Positions 38,518 to 48,880 of a stretch of 64,000 nt of DNA are shown piece after piece. Location of the stretch: positions 5,088 through 69,087 of the forward strand of contig CAZOEL010000018.1 of the NCBI GenBank assembly GCA_964578835.1, in the 5' to 3' direction. A program made the translations under genes and the position numbers. Position 1 is the first letter of the stretch. Each line of letters begins with the position of its first letter. This DNA comes from an uncultured Syntrophobacteraceae bacterium. GTDB taxonomy: Bacteria > Desulfobacterota > Syntrophobacteria > Syntrophobacterales > Syntrophobacteraceae. The notes under the pieces are model-generated. The model was not told the origin of the DNA, made no database searches, and was given only the letters and a program-made list of their open reading frames with translations.

Positions 38518-39567
38518 ATGAGCGCAATGATTCGAAAAAAGCGACTCTGGCTTGCCGCGGGGCTGGGCCTGGCTGTATTGATCTACACCCTGAACCACGC
38601 CGACTTGGGTAAGCTTGCGCAAAGCATCCACGACCTCAATATTTTCTGGGGCGCGATGACTTTGGCTGCCGGCGCGCTAAGCTATCTCTGCATAGCCGCC
38701 GTGCTGCATCTGTTGCTCAGAGGCATGGGGCATGAGGTTTCCTTTTCAGCCTCGTTTCGAATCTCTCTTATCTCCACCACCTTGAATTACATCATGGCGA
38801 TGGGTGGATTGAGCGGCATGGCGGCCAAAGTCTATCTCCTGGCAAGGGAAAAAGTCCCTCCGAGCAGCACGCTCTCCATCTCCATGGTTCACGGCTTTCT
38901 TACCAATACCGTCGCGATTGTGTTCATCTATCTCGGCTTCTTTTTTCTCTATAGCGATTACCAGATGAGCAGAAAGCAGGTCGAAGCCGGAATCGTCGTT
39001 TTGCTCATAGCTTTCGCGCTCACATGGATTACGGTGCAGGCGATAGTCCACGAATCTTTCAGAAGAAGGCTTTGGGATTTGGCGTATCGCGCAGGCTCGG
39101 CGCTCTGCCGGAAGCTGCGCCACCCGCGCTTGCTCCATCGGGAGCGCGCCGAGTCGTTTTTTGAAAAGTTCAACGACAGCATGAATATGCTCGTTAAGAG
39201 CTCGGGAATTTTGTGGAAGCCTGCCTTATTCGCTGCAATAGACTGGCTGATGATGTTCCTGTGCTTGAAGTGGGCTTTCTCTGCAGTGAACTATCCCGTG
39301 GATAATCAGACGATCATGGTGGGCTTTTCCATCGGCATCTTTACGGCTCTCTTCTCCATAACTCCCGCTTCCATCGGCGTAATGGAAGGCTCCATGGCCG
39401 GATCATTTTATCTCATGGGCCTGGATTACGACCATGCCCTCATAGCAGTGCTTGTCTACAGATTTGTTTATTTCCTGCTGCCGATGCTCTTGAGCCTCTT
39501 TTACTCTTCTCTCATTATTTCCCTTTCGAAAGCTGAGGTAACAATCGAAGATCCGCCTCATAATTGA
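38518..39567 (+). CDS. Flippase-like (LPG-synthase TM region / UPF0104) membrane protein
   Basis: About 8 predicted TM segments. The N-terminus RKKRLWLAAGLGLAVLIYTLNHADLGKL is typical of the family. The start is chosen at ATG 38518. Confidence 0.7.
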   Translation: MSAMIRKKRLWLAAGLGLAVLIYTLNHADLGKLAQSIHDLNIFWGAMTLAAGALSYLCIAAVLHLLLRGMGHEVSFSASFRISLISTTLNYIMAMGGLSGMAAKVYLLAREKVPPSSTLSISMVHGFLTNTVAIVFIYLGFFFLYSDYQMSRKQVEAGIVVLLIAFALTWITVQAIVHESFRRRLWDLAYRAGSALCRKLRHPRLLHRERAESFFEKFNDSMNMLVKSSGILWKPALFAAIDWLMMFLCLKWAFSAVNYPVDNQTIMVGFSIGIFTALFSITPASIGVMEGSMAGSFYLMGLDYDHALIAVLVYRFVYFLLPMLLSLFYSSLIISLSKAEVTIEDPPHN

Positions 39568-39646
39568 GAGAATACGCGGCGCATGGTCCGCTCACAAGCC
39601 GCTTCCCCTGACCATGCGATCTCTCCGATGGAGCGTGTCAGGAGAT

Positions 39647-40153
39647 TTATCCGGAGCTATTTCGGCCTTCCCCCTCAGCCTTGTACAAATCTCTCGTTCC
39701 CAAAACCATCTTTATCGGCCAAAGCAAGAGAGGCTGCCAAAAGGTCTCCACTCTCAAGAGATCCCCTTCATAGAAGATCTCTGAGAGCGCTTTTTCAGGC
39801 GAATTCTGCCACCTCAGAATCGGAGGATGCGTGGATTTGAGCGACAAGGTGAGAGGCGTCTGAATGCTCCCGTCCTCTATTTCCCCCTTCCAGGTAAATC
39901 GATAGACTTCTTCAACCGCATTCCCCTCGGGAAATGAAAGATAGCATATTCGAAAATGGCTCCAGGGCATTATGAGATGCTCCGAAATCACTCGGTCCGC
40001 CGGCCACGCCTTGATGCGAGCAAAAGGAAAGGGAAAGACGAGAACGAGCGCGAGCACGCCGGTAATCGCTTTGTCCCAGAACCTGGCTTTCTTTTCATAG
40101 ATGCTTGCGTCTTCGATTTGGTGGCTCAATTTGTACAACGCGCGCTCCTCCAA
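39647..40153 (-). CDS. Hypothetical membrane-anchored protein
   Basis: 168-aa ORF with one N-terminal TM segment (AITGVLALVLVFPFPF). No secure family call. Confidence 0.45.
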   Translation of the reverse strand: MEERALYKLSHQIEDASIYEKKARFWDKAITGVLALVLVFPFPFARIKAWPADRVISEHLIMPWSHFRICYLSFPEGNAVEEVYRFTWKGEIEDGSIQTPLTLSLKSTHPPILRWQNSPEKALSEIFYEGDLLRVETFWQPLLLWPIKMVLGTRDLYKAEGEGRNSSG

Positions 40154-40545
40154 GGTTTGAAATAGTCAAGAAACATTTGTAGCTATGCGACGTCCCTCTT
40201 CGATGATACCCCATCAAGTGAAAAAAATATCAACAGAATCTGCATTGGACAACAAAGAGCTTTGCTGGCGCTTTCCAATTTTGCTAAAAGTCATGTGTTT
40301 GCGCCGAATATTTACCGGAAATAAGATTCTAAACAATATCATCCGATATGCAGAGCCTTATTTTCGCTGGAGTGATTGGTTAAAATAATCCAAAACGCCT
40401 TTGGATTCTTCCTTTGAAATTTGCTCATTTTGTTTGGCGCATCACTGATGCGCTTGGTAGGATGGAAGCTCTATCGTCAAGTTGTTGAACCCTCTATCTG
40501 ATGCGGGAGAGAGCACATCATCGCATTCAATCTGGTGAGAACATA

Positions 40546-42420
40546 ATGGATCACATCGATTGGCTCCATAATTATTGCCCCGGCAGGGTTATCGCCACTC
40601 CGCAAGCTATCAAGCAGATCAAGAACGGAAGCCGCGTTTTCATCGGCTCCGGATGCGGGGAGCCTCAGCACCTTATCAGATCCATGGCGGCGGATATGGA
40701 TCTTCGAGATATCCTCATCTATCAGATGCTTTCAATCACTCTCGCTGAATATATTGAAGACGATTCTTTTTTCGATCGTTTTTCAATGAAGCTTTTCTTC
40801 ATCAGCAAACCGATTCGCAAAGCTGCTTTTGAAGGAAAAATCGACTATATACCGGCCTATTTCTCTCAGATACCGCTTCTCTTTTCGAGTAAGCGCATAG
40901 GCCTGGATGTCGCCCTCATACAGGTAAGCCCACCCGACCAGCATGGATTCTGCAGCCTTGGCGCCTCCGTGGACATCACCCGGGCCGGCATGGAGAACGC
41001 CAAGCTCGTCATCGCACAGGTGAATTCGAAAATGCCCCGGACTTTGGGGGACAGCTTCGTTCATGTGGATTCAATAGACTATTTCGTTCTGCATGACGAG
41101 CCGCTGGCAACGCATTTCCCGACTATTCCGGACGAGGAAACAGCTCGAAGAATCGGCCTTTACGTCGCACAGCTCGTCGAAGACGGGGCGACCCTCCAGA
41201 TAGGTCTTGGCCATCTGCCTTACGCCATTGTTCAGTATCTTGACTCCAAGGAGCATCTCGGGCTCCACACCCCACTCATAAGGGACTGTTTTCTGCCCCT
41301 TTTCAAGAATAAGGTGATCACGAACAAGAAGAAGACTCTTCTTCCCGGACGAGTCGTGACCTCGATGTGCGCAGGATCGGAAGAGCTCTATGACTACATC
41401 GACAACAATCCCATGTTCTATTTCCGAAGCTCCGACTTCGTGAACAATCCGGCTGAAATCGCCCGGAACGACAATCTCATTTCCATTACGTCGGCGCTCG
41501 AGGTTGACCTTACCGGTCAGATTTCCTCGGACTCTCTCGGGTACCGCTTCTACAGCGGCATAGGCGAGCAGGTTGATTTCCTGAGAGGCAGCGCCATGTC
41601 CAGGAACGGCTTTTCCATTATTCTTCTGCCTTCGACGGCGCAGAACGGAAAAGTCTCCCGCATTGTCTCCCACTTGAGCGAAGGCGCGGGCATTGCCGCC
41701 ACCCGGGGCGACGTCAACTTCGTCGTTACGGAGTATGGCATTGCCGAGCTACAGGGAAAGAGCATCTATCAACGGGTCATGGAGCTTGCGCAGATCGCCC
41801 ATCCGCGGTTTAGAGAAGAGCTGATTGATTTCGCCAAAGCGCGTCACTATATATTTGCAGACCAGTTGCCGCCGCATCAGGATGACCTGATCTTCCTGGA
41901 AGGCTACAAGAGCTCGGTCCAGCTGAAGGACGGGGGGGCTATCGAATTCAGACCTCTTTTGCCTTCGGATGAGCTTGCTTACAGGAATTTTTATTATTCG
42001 CTTCAGAATGAGACAATCTATTCGAGGTTTTTTTACTATAAGGAGGTCTTCTCGCACCAGTCGGTGCAGGAGCATTGGGCAAGCGTCGATTACCGGAAGA
42101 ACATGTCCATCATAGGCATCAAGTCCAAGGGTGGGCAGAAAGAAATCGTGGCGATCGGCTCTTACGCTCTGTTCGACAAAGATACGGCGGAAGTCGCGCT
42201 CGTCATTCGCGAAGACTTGCAAGGCATGGGCCTCGGCTCTCATCTTCTCACTGTTCTGGAAAAGATTGCGAAGGAAAATCAATACAAGAAATTCATGGCA
42301 AGCGTCTTAAAAGAGAATTCTGCGATGATCAGCGCCTTCAAAAAGAAATACCCTCATGCAATAATCTCGGAGGGAGTAGAGGAAGATGTAACGATCCTCA
42401 TGGACTTCGATGAGCCTTGA
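40546..42420 (+). CDS. Acetyl-CoA hydrolase/transferase-family domain fused to a C-terminal GNAT acetyltransferase domain
   Basis: The N-terminal ~460 aa resemble 4-hydroxybutyrate/acetyl-CoA transferase (GSGCGEPQ, EVDLTGQI, GIGEQVDF). The C-terminal ~160 aa (about 41932..42417) form a GNAT fold (IREDLQGMGLGSHLL) of the type found in Pat-like protein acetyltransferases. Confidence 0.85.
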   Translation: MDHIDWLHNYCPGRVIATPQAIKQIKNGSRVFIGSGCGEPQHLIRSMAADMDLRDILIYQMLSITLAEYIEDDSFFDRFSMKLFFISKPIRKAAFEGKIDYIPAYFSQIPLLFSSKRIGLDVALIQVSPPDQHGFCSLGASVDITRAGMENAKLVIAQVNSKMPRTLGDSFVHVDSIDYFVLHDEPLATHFPTIPDEETARRIGLYVAQLVEDGATLQIGLGHLPYAIVQYLDSKEHLGLHTPLIRDCFLPLFKNKVITNKKKTLLPGRVVTSMCAGSEELYDYIDNNPMFYFRSSDFVNNPAEIARNDNLISITSALEVDLTGQISSDSLGYRFYSGIGEQVDFLRGSAMSRNGFSIILLPSTAQNGKVSRIVSHLSEGAGIAATRGDVNFVVTEYGIAELQGKSIYQRVMELAQIAHPRFREELIDFAKARHYIFADQLPPHQDDLIFLEGYKSSVQLKDGGAIEFRPLLPSDELAYRNFYYSLQNETIYSRFFYYKEVFSHQSVQEHWASVDYRKNMSIIGIKSKGGQKEIVAIGSYALFDKDTAEVALVIREDLQGMGLGSHLLTVLEKIAKENQYKKFMASVLKENSAMISAFKKKYPHAIISEGVEEDVTILMDFDEP

Positions 42421-42543
42421 GACGAAATCCAGCATTGAGGGGGCAGGGGCTAAGGCCGGGAGGGTCGGGCGCCTCTAGTTGGAAAGCTAATGATATCGTG
42501 GTTATGAATTTTATAACCATCGACAGGGTAGGAGGAAAGTTCA

Positions 42544-44709
42544 ATGCACAGACTCGACGCCATTTTCGCACCCCGGTCGGTCGCCGTAATCGGGGCCTCC
42601 ACCACACAGGGAAAAGTTGGACACGATATTTTCTTTAACATATTGAAGAGCGGGTACACGGGGGTGCTTTACCCCGTAAATCCAAACGCCCTCGCAGTTG
42701 CGAGCGTCAAAGCCTATCCCACGATAACCGACATTCCGGATGAAGTCGATCTCTCCATCATCATTCTCCCGCCTCGATTGTCGCTCAAAGCCGTTGAGGA
42801 GTCAGTCGCAAAGGGTGTGAAGGGCATTGTGATCGTTTCGGCCGGCTTTAAGGAAGTGGGACAAGAGGGCTTGGAAATTGAAAACCGAATCGTCGCCATC
42901 TGCAAAGAAGCCGAAGTGCGTCTTGTTGGGCCCAACTGCCTCGGTGTGATAAACCCGATGCCCTCCGTCAGGCTCAACGCCAGCTTCTCGAGCCGCATGC
43001 CGGCGCCCGGGAAGATATCGTTCATTTCTCAGAGCGGAGCGCTTTGCACGGCGGTTCTCGATTTTGCGGCCGATCGGGACTTCGGCTTTTCAAAATTCAT
43101 CTCCATCGGCAACAAGGCCGACGTCGATGAGCTCGATCTCCTCCAGTACCTTCACGAAGACCAGGATACGGAAGTCATTATGCTCTACCTGGAAGAGCTT
43201 CGCAGGGGAGCGGAGTTCATACAGATCGTCAAGGAAATTACTTCCGGGAGAAGAAGAACGCCGGTAATCGTGATAAAGTCGGGCAGAACGATCGCCGGGG
43301 CGCGCGCCGCGGCCTCCCACACGGGCGCGCTCGCGGGCTCCGAAGCGGTCTACGATTCCATTTTCGAACAATCCGGAATCATAAGAGCGGATTCCATCGA
43401 CGAGCTCTTCGACTTCGCCAGCGCCTTCGCCTATAAGACCGAATCGGCGCTTGGAAAGGTGAGAAGGAAGCTCCCCACCGGAAACCGCGTGGCTATTGTC
43501 ACCAACGCGGGCGGCCCCGGCATAGTCGCTACCGACATGACCATATCCTCGGGACTCGAGCTCGCCACTTTCAGCGAGGAGACCATAGAAGCTCTGGCGG
43601 AGCATCTTCCCGCCACAGCCAACATCCACAATCCGGTCGACGTCATAGGAGACGCCAGCTACGACCGCTACGAGAGCGCCCTTGCGGCGGTCACGAGAGA
43701 TGACGGAGTGGACGGGACGCTGGTCATACTCACGCCTCAGTCGATGACGAACGCTCTCGGCACGGCCGAGGCCATCGTGCGCATAGCGAGAACCTCTCCC
43801 AAGCCCATTCTCTCCTGCTTCATGGGCATTGTCGACGTCTCGAAGGGTGTGGAATACCTCCAGGCCCATGGATACCCGGTTTTCAGGTTTCCCGAAAGCG
43901 CGGCGAAAGCTTTCGGAGCCATTTATAGATACTCCAAGTGGCTGGCTCGACCGATGCTCGATCAGTTCACGTTCGAGCACGATCGGGAGCGCGCGGAAAA
44001 AATCATCCAAAAATCTCTCGCCGCCGGCAAGACCCGCCTCGGCGAAACAGTCGGGCTCGACATTCTCAAGTGCTACGGCTTCAAAGTGCTGCCCACGGAG
44101 CTGGCCCACAGTCCCGAGGAGGCGGCGAACATTGCGGAGCGCATCGGCTTTCCAGTCGTCATGAAGATCGTATCCGAGCAGATTCTCCACAAATCGGACG
44201 CGGGCGGGGTCATGGTGAAGCTGCGAAGCAGGGAGGAAGCCGCGCGCGCTTTCACGACCATTATCGAGAGTGTGAAGAAGTTCGACCCCAAGGCCATAAT
44301 TGACGGCGTTCTGGTTCAACAGATGGCTGCCCGGGGAGAGGAGCTGATACTCGGGATGAACCGCTACCCGGTATTCGGGCCGTTGGTCATGTTCGGCACG
44401 GGAGGCATATTCGTCGAAGTCTTTAAGGACGTCAAATTCGGGCTTGCTCCACTCGGCAGAAACGTGGCCATACGCATGATCCGCGGAATCAAGGGATACA
44501 GGCTTCTCACGGGATTTCGCGGAAGACCGAGGACGGATATCGAAACTGTGGAAAAAGCCATCGTGAGCTTTTCGGATCTCGTGATCAACCATCCCGAGAT
44601 TCAGGAAGTAGACATTAATCCTCTCATAGCGCACGAGGAAGGAAAAGGCGCCTCCGTAGCCGATTGTAGAATCATCCTGAAAAGCGCCGACAAAGCAAAA
44701 GAATCGTAG
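42544..44709 (+). CDS. ADP-forming acetyl-CoA synthetase family protein (CoA-binding + CoA-ligase + ATP-grasp)
   Basis: 721 aa with SVAVIGAS.....VG, GPNCLG, SQSGA and a C-terminal ATP-grasp domain (VVMKIVS..ILHKSDAGGV). Confidence 0.9.
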   Translation: MHRLDAIFAPRSVAVIGASTTQGKVGHDIFFNILKSGYTGVLYPVNPNALAVASVKAYPTITDIPDEVDLSIIILPPRLSLKAVEESVAKGVKGIVIVSAGFKEVGQEGLEIENRIVAICKEAEVRLVGPNCLGVINPMPSVRLNASFSSRMPAPGKISFISQSGALCTAVLDFAADRDFGFSKFISIGNKADVDELDLLQYLHEDQDTEVIMLYLEELRRGAEFIQIVKEITSGRRRTPVIVIKSGRTIAGARAAASHTGALAGSEAVYDSIFEQSGIIRADSIDELFDFASAFAYKTESALGKVRRKLPTGNRVAIVTNAGGPGIVATDMTISSGLELATFSEETIEALAEHLPATANIHNPVDVIGDASYDRYESALAAVTRDDGVDGTLVILTPQSMTNALGTAEAIVRIARTSPKPILSCFMGIVDVSKGVEYLQAHGYPVFRFPESAAKAFGAIYRYSKWLARPMLDQFTFEHDRERAEKIIQKSLAAGKTRLGETVGLDILKCYGFKVLPTELAHSPEEAANIAERIGFPVVMKIVSEQILHKSDAGGVMVKLRSREEAARAFTTIIESVKKFDPKAIIDGVLVQQMAARGEELILGMNRYPVFGPLVMFGTGGIFVEVFKDVKFGLAPLGRNVAIRMIRGIKGYRLLTGFRGRPRTDIETVEKAIVSFSDLVINHPEIQEVDINPLIAHEEGKGASVADCRIILKSADKAKES

Positions 44710-44845
44710 CAGCGCCTCTGAAGCGCATTATCTGCGACTGCGGCCTCAAGTGATTACAATTAGATGAGTCAGGCAATCCAAGCATCGAGATAAACGAGGG
44801 AATAAGCCATTCATCTATTTTAGCGCTTTGTTGGAGGAGAAATAA

Positions 44846-46360
44846 ATGCCAAAGTTGTCCGGATTCCCCCTTCTCACTGCAGAAGAGGCCGCCTCTCAGA
44901 TTCCCGATGGCGCGATGGTCGCCTTCAGCGGCTTCACCAATGCCGGCGCGGTAAAAGCTATTCCACGGGCGATAGCAGCCCGAGCGCGCGAACTGCACGA
45001 TAAGGGCGAGCCTTATAAGATCCGAGTTCTTACGGGCGCTTCGAGCGGCGCCAGCATTGACGGCGCCCTGGCCGAGGCGGACGCTATTTCCTGGCGCGCC
45101 CCGTACCAGAGCGGCCCCGTTCTACGAAAGCAGATAAACAATCAGGAAGTGGAATATGTGGACATGCATCTATCGCATGTCCCGCAGGCGGTGCTCTTCG
45201 GTTTTTTCGGAAAGTTGGACGTCGCGGTGGTCGAAGCCACTGAAGTCCTGCCGGATGGAAGAGTCTATCTTACAGCCTCCATCGGAGCGTCTCCTACATA
45301 CCTCAAATATGCGGACCGCGTCATAATCGAGCTGAATCATTTCCATTCCGTGAGACTGCGCGAGATGTCGGACATTCTCGTTCTGCCTCCGCCGCCGCAC
45401 AGAAGCCCCATCGCCATTCACGACCCTTTGACCAAAGTCGGCTCGCCTCACGCCATGGTCGATCCGAAAAGAATCATCGGAATTGTCGAAAACAACGAGT
45501 CGGACCATGTCCCTCTGTTTACCGCCGAGGATGAAGCCAGCCACAAAATTGCGGAGCATGTGGTGCGGTTTCTGATCGAAGAAAAGAGGGCTGGCCACAT
45601 TCCCGAAGAATTTCTGCCTCTTCAGGCCGGAGTCGGCAATGTGGCGAACAGCGTCATGGCCGCCCTGGGCAGGAACCCCGACATTCCCAACTTTACGATG
45701 TACTCGGAAGTATTTCAGGAGTCGCTTGTGGAGCTTATGGAACAAGGGCGGCTCACGGCCGTGAGCTCTTGCGCCCTCACCATTACGACGCCATCTCTCA
45801 AGCGCATCTATGACAACATGGATTTCTTTGCTCCCAAGATCGTGCTGCGCCCCCAGGAGCTTTCGAATCACCCCGGAGTCGTGCGCCGACTCGGCGTCAT
45901 TGCGCTCAACACCGCTCTGGAAGTTGATATTTACGGAAACGTCAATTCGTCCCATGTTTTCGGAACGGATATCATGAACGGAGTGGGAGGCAGCGGAGAA
46001 TTCACTCGCAACAGTTATCTCTCGGTCTTCATGTGTCCTTCCATCGCGAAGGGAGGCCGGATATCAGCCATCGTTCCCATGTGCCCCCATATCGACAACA
46101 ACGAGCACTCGGTCCAGATAGTCGTAACGGAGCAGGGACTCGCCGATTTGCGTGGACTCGGGCCCATGCAGCGTGCGAAAGCAATCATCGAAAACTGCGC
46201 CCACCCCGCCTATCGGGATTATCTCTATCGCTACATCGAGAATTCAAGGCTCGGGCATATTCGTCATAACCTTGCGAATTGTTTCGAACTGCATCGAAAC
46301 CTCATCGAGTCGGGCGCCATGCTGCCCGATCTTGATCTATCGGCTATAGGCAACGTTTAA
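44846..46360 (+). CDS. Succinate/acetate CoA-transferase (acetyl-CoA hydrolase/transferase family, AarC/Cat1/ScpC-like)
   Basis: 504 aa. The N-terminus is AFSGFTNAGAVKAIPRAIA, with GVGNVANSV, EVDIYGNVNS and GVGGSGEF segments typical of this family. Confidence 0.85.
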   Translation: MPKLSGFPLLTAEEAASQIPDGAMVAFSGFTNAGAVKAIPRAIAARARELHDKGEPYKIRVLTGASSGASIDGALAEADAISWRAPYQSGPVLRKQINNQEVEYVDMHLSHVPQAVLFGFFGKLDVAVVEATEVLPDGRVYLTASIGASPTYLKYADRVIIELNHFHSVRLREMSDILVLPPPPHRSPIAIHDPLTKVGSPHAMVDPKRIIGIVENNESDHVPLFTAEDEASHKIAEHVVRFLIEEKRAGHIPEEFLPLQAGVGNVANSVMAALGRNPDIPNFTMYSEVFQESLVELMEQGRLTAVSSCALTITTPSLKRIYDNMDFFAPKIVLRPQELSNHPGVVRRLGVIALNTALEVDIYGNVNSSHVFGTDIMNGVGGSGEFTRNSYLSVFMCPSIAKGGRISAIVPMCPHIDNNEHSVQIVVTEQGLADLRGLGPMQRAKAIIENCAHPAYRDYLYRYIENSRLGHIRHNLANCFELHRNLIESGAMLPDLDLSAIGNV

Positions 46361-46397
46361 TATTGAAATCCAAAACAACAGGACCGACATCAATTCA

Positions 46398-47369
46398 ATG
46401 GACAATTACGCGCTATCTTCTCTCAACGGGTTTGCTGCGCAAGGCATCGACAGGGCGACAGCCAGAAGAAAAGACGAAAGATGGATTGCAGACCGACTGA
46501 AAGATCCAACCACTCGATTCCTGCCTCTCTGGAATTTGAAGAACCTGGTTACGGACGCTTCGGAGCTTCATCCGGTCCTATTTTCGATAAGCGAGATTGA
46601 AGATTTTTTATCGACTGCGGATTCAATCACCTTCCTGGGAGAAGATGAGGAGCATGCATACTTCTCCTTTGCTCTTCCGCTTGGCGGCCCCACGCCTGAG
46701 GCAGTGTTCGAGCGATACGGCAAATTTGAAGATTTGAGAAAAGTAGCGGGTCTGTTGAAGAGCGGGGATGCGGGGCTTCTCGCTCACGCCAGAGGAATGG
46801 CTCACTGGCATGTCCGCCACAGGTTCTGCGGCGATTGCGGAAGTCCCACCAAGAGCATCGAAGCGGGTTATCAGCGCATCTGCACAAATAAAGAATGCGG
46901 GCAGCTTCACTTTCCACGCACCGACCCCGCCATAATAGTGATGGTGACTCGTGGCGAGAAGTGCCTTCTCGGTCGTCAGCCGATATGGCCGAAGGGGATG
47001 TATTCAACCATCGCAGGCTTTGTCGAACCGGGCGAATCCCTTGAAGAAGCCGTAGCCCGCGAAGTTCTCGAGGAAACCGGAATTGAAGCGGCCTCCATAT
47101 CCTATCGATCGTCGCAGCCGTGGCCGTTTCCAAGCTCTCTGATGCTCGGGTTCAACGCCAAAACGGAAACGGAAGAAATTCGGCTCGATGACAAGGAGTT
47201 AGAGGACGCCAGGTGGTTTAGCAGGGAAGAGATTCAAAAGACCATCCTGGAAAAAAGCCTGAAGCTTCCGCCTTCGATCTCCATCGCTTACCGTTTGATT
47301 GAAGACTGGTTTGACTCGGTTCGGCCCTGGCGGTTGAAGGAAGTATTGAGCAACGCGCGCAACGCTTGA
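46398..47369 (+). CDS. nudC: NAD(+) diphosphatase / NADH pyrophosphatase NudC
   Basis: Zinc-ribbon CGDCG...C..C followed by the Nudix box GFVEPGESLEEAVAREVLEETGI and the SQPWPFPSSLM motif. Confidence 0.9.
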   Translation: MDNYALSSLNGFAAQGIDRATARRKDERWIADRLKDPTTRFLPLWNLKNLVTDASELHPVLFSISEIEDFLSTADSITFLGEDEEHAYFSFALPLGGPTPEAVFERYGKFEDLRKVAGLLKSGDAGLLAHARGMAHWHVRHRFCGDCGSPTKSIEAGYQRICTNKECGQLHFPRTDPAIIVMVTRGEKCLLGRQPIWPKGMYSTIAGFVEPGESLEEAVAREVLEETGIEAASISYRSSQPWPFPSSLMLGFNAKTETEEIRLDDKELEDARWFSREEIQKTILEKSLKLPPSISIAYRLIEDWFDSVRPWRLKEVLSNARNA

Positions 47370-47423
47370 GAAACTGTCTGATAAAAGGGTTATTGTCTCT
47401 TTGCCTACACCTATTTCGTCGTT

Positions 47424-47496
47424 CCGGCATGTTTCTAGCCGGAATCCAAGTTTTGCGCTGAGCTGGATTCCGGCTTAAAGACTGCCGGAATGACGG
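47424..47496 (+). repeat. Structured 73-nt interspersed repeat, copy A
   Basis: CCGGCATGT..TAGCCGG.ATCCAA-[13-nt variable loop]-CTGGATTCCGGCTT.AAGACTGCCGGAATGACGG. The internal inverted repeat GCCGGAATCCA/TGGATTCCGGC can fold as a hairpin. The same element recurs at 49260..49332. Confidence 0.8.
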
Positions 47497-47572
47497 GAAA
47501 GGGAATTTTTTGACAGTTTCTGAAGCGCGCGACGCACGTTGAAGAACTGCGCTCCAGGCGCTTCGCCCTCCG

Positions 47573-48880
47573 TCATTTTCCCGAAGATGCGGCAATGTCC
47601 TTTATGGCCCCTGCAATTTTGCTCAGGGCGCCGAGGCGCTCCTTGGCTTTCTCGAGATAGGGCAGCGCCTCCGGGTTCTTCAGCTTCCCCAGAGCCTGCG
47701 CTGTCCAGTTGACGATGTACGGGCTTTCATGATCCGTAAGCCTTGTCAAAATAGCAAAGCTCTCGGGGGTCTCGATATTTCCTAATACGGATATGAGCCC
47801 GACCTTCAAATCATCAAAGGCCGCGTCTTTTTGCAGTATCTCGTCAATGACGCCCACTGCGCGCCCACCGAAGCTCTCAAGGCTCACCAGGCATTTCTGC
47901 GCAAAGAAAGGAAGGCGAAACATGGAAAGCTCGGCAAGCAGCCTCACGCTTTCATCCGTTCCATAAGCGCGAAGAAGATCCGGAACAAAAAGGCTCGCCC
48001 ACGAAAAACTGTAGGTCAGGGGCAGCAGATAGGGAATAGCGGCCGGACCTTCCGCCTCGATGCCGGAAAGCACGGGCTCGAGCGCCTGTCGGCGGACTTC
48101 ATAGCCATCCGCATCCTTGTCCGAAAAACGCTTCAAGTCATTTGCCGCCTTTAGCTTCTCGACTTCCTTTGCAATAGGAGAGCCCTTCAGGACAGGATAC
48201 ATCTCGCTGTAAGCCCGGGCCTGTTTGGATATCCAAAATTTGTCGAGCCAGGTGGAAGGAGAATAAAAGTGCACAACGTTCTTGCGGTCCACTCCCTCCC
48301 GCTTGTGAAAACCGTTCTCCTGATAGAATTCCTTCTCTTCCTTGGATACCTGCCAGCGGCGGCGGCAGGTAAAAAAGGCGTTCTGATAGTCGCCCATGGC
48401 GAGCATGGCGCTTACAGCGATATCGTGAAGCCGGTCATCTTCTGGAAAAGTCTCGAGCAACCGTTTGGCCAGACGATCCGCTTTGACGAAATCCTGAGAG
48501 AATAGGAAGTCGAAGCCTTTCCTGACCTCCTTTTCGAGAGTCTCACTCGCTCTCGACCGCTCTTCCATCTGTTGCAGATAGTGAGCAGGAACATTCTTTC
48601 TGGCTTCTTCATGCCTTGGAAGACAACACTTCTTATATTTTTTGCCAGACCCGCAAGGGCAAGGCTCATTGCGTCCCGTCTTCCGCACGATCAGATCATC
48701 GGCCTGGGCCGCTTGTTTTATAGAGCCCTGGTAGGCGGCCACCCGTTTATCCAGTTCCTCGCGGGAAATGCCGTATCGGGCGCAAATAGCTTCAGGATCG
48801 CCGCCCTTAAGGAATTCGACGACAGGTTGCATAGGGTTTACGGGGGAGGAGATTCCTCCCGAGGGTTGAGAGCTTTCCAT
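47573..48880 (-). CDS. SEC-C metal-binding-motif protein with HEAT-like C-terminal repeats
   Basis: 435 aa. GRNEPCPCGSGKKYKKCC is a SEC-C motif. The C-terminal third has HEAT/PBS-lyase-like repeats (…LGNIETPESFAILTRLTDHESPYIVNWTAQALGKLKNPEALPYL). Confidence 0.75.
   Translation of the reverse strand: MESSQPSGGISSPVNPMQPVVEFLKGGDPEAICARYGISREELDKRVAAYQGSIKQAAQADDLIVRKTGRNEPCPCGSGKKYKKCCLPRHEEARKNVPAHYLQQMEERSRASETLEKEVRKGFDFLFSQDFVKADRLAKRLLETFPEDDRLHDIAVSAMLAMGDYQNAFFTCRRRWQVSKEEKEFYQENGFHKREGVDRKNVVHFYSPSTWLDKFWISKQARAYSEMYPVLKGSPIAKEVEKLKAANDLKRFSDKDADGYEVRRQALEPVLSGIEAEGPAAIPYLLPLTYSFSWASLFVPDLLRAYGTDESVRLLAELSMFRLPFFAQKCLVSLESFGGRAVGVIDEILQKDAAFDDLKVGLISVLGNIETPESFAILTRLTDHESPYIVNWTAQALGKLKNPEALPYLEKAKERLGALSKIAGAIKDIAASSGK

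Noticed and set aside
43090-44634. 514-aa ORF on the minus strand.
   Set aside because: It is antisense to the ADP-forming acetyl-CoA synthetase gene, so it is a shadow ORF.
47218-47595. 125-aa minus-strand ORF spanning repeat copy A. The 64-aa ORF at 49029..49223 near copy B is treated the same way.
   Set aside because: The open frames are created by the repeat element and its flanks, in the nudC 3' region and intergenic DNA. They have no RBS and a very basic composition.
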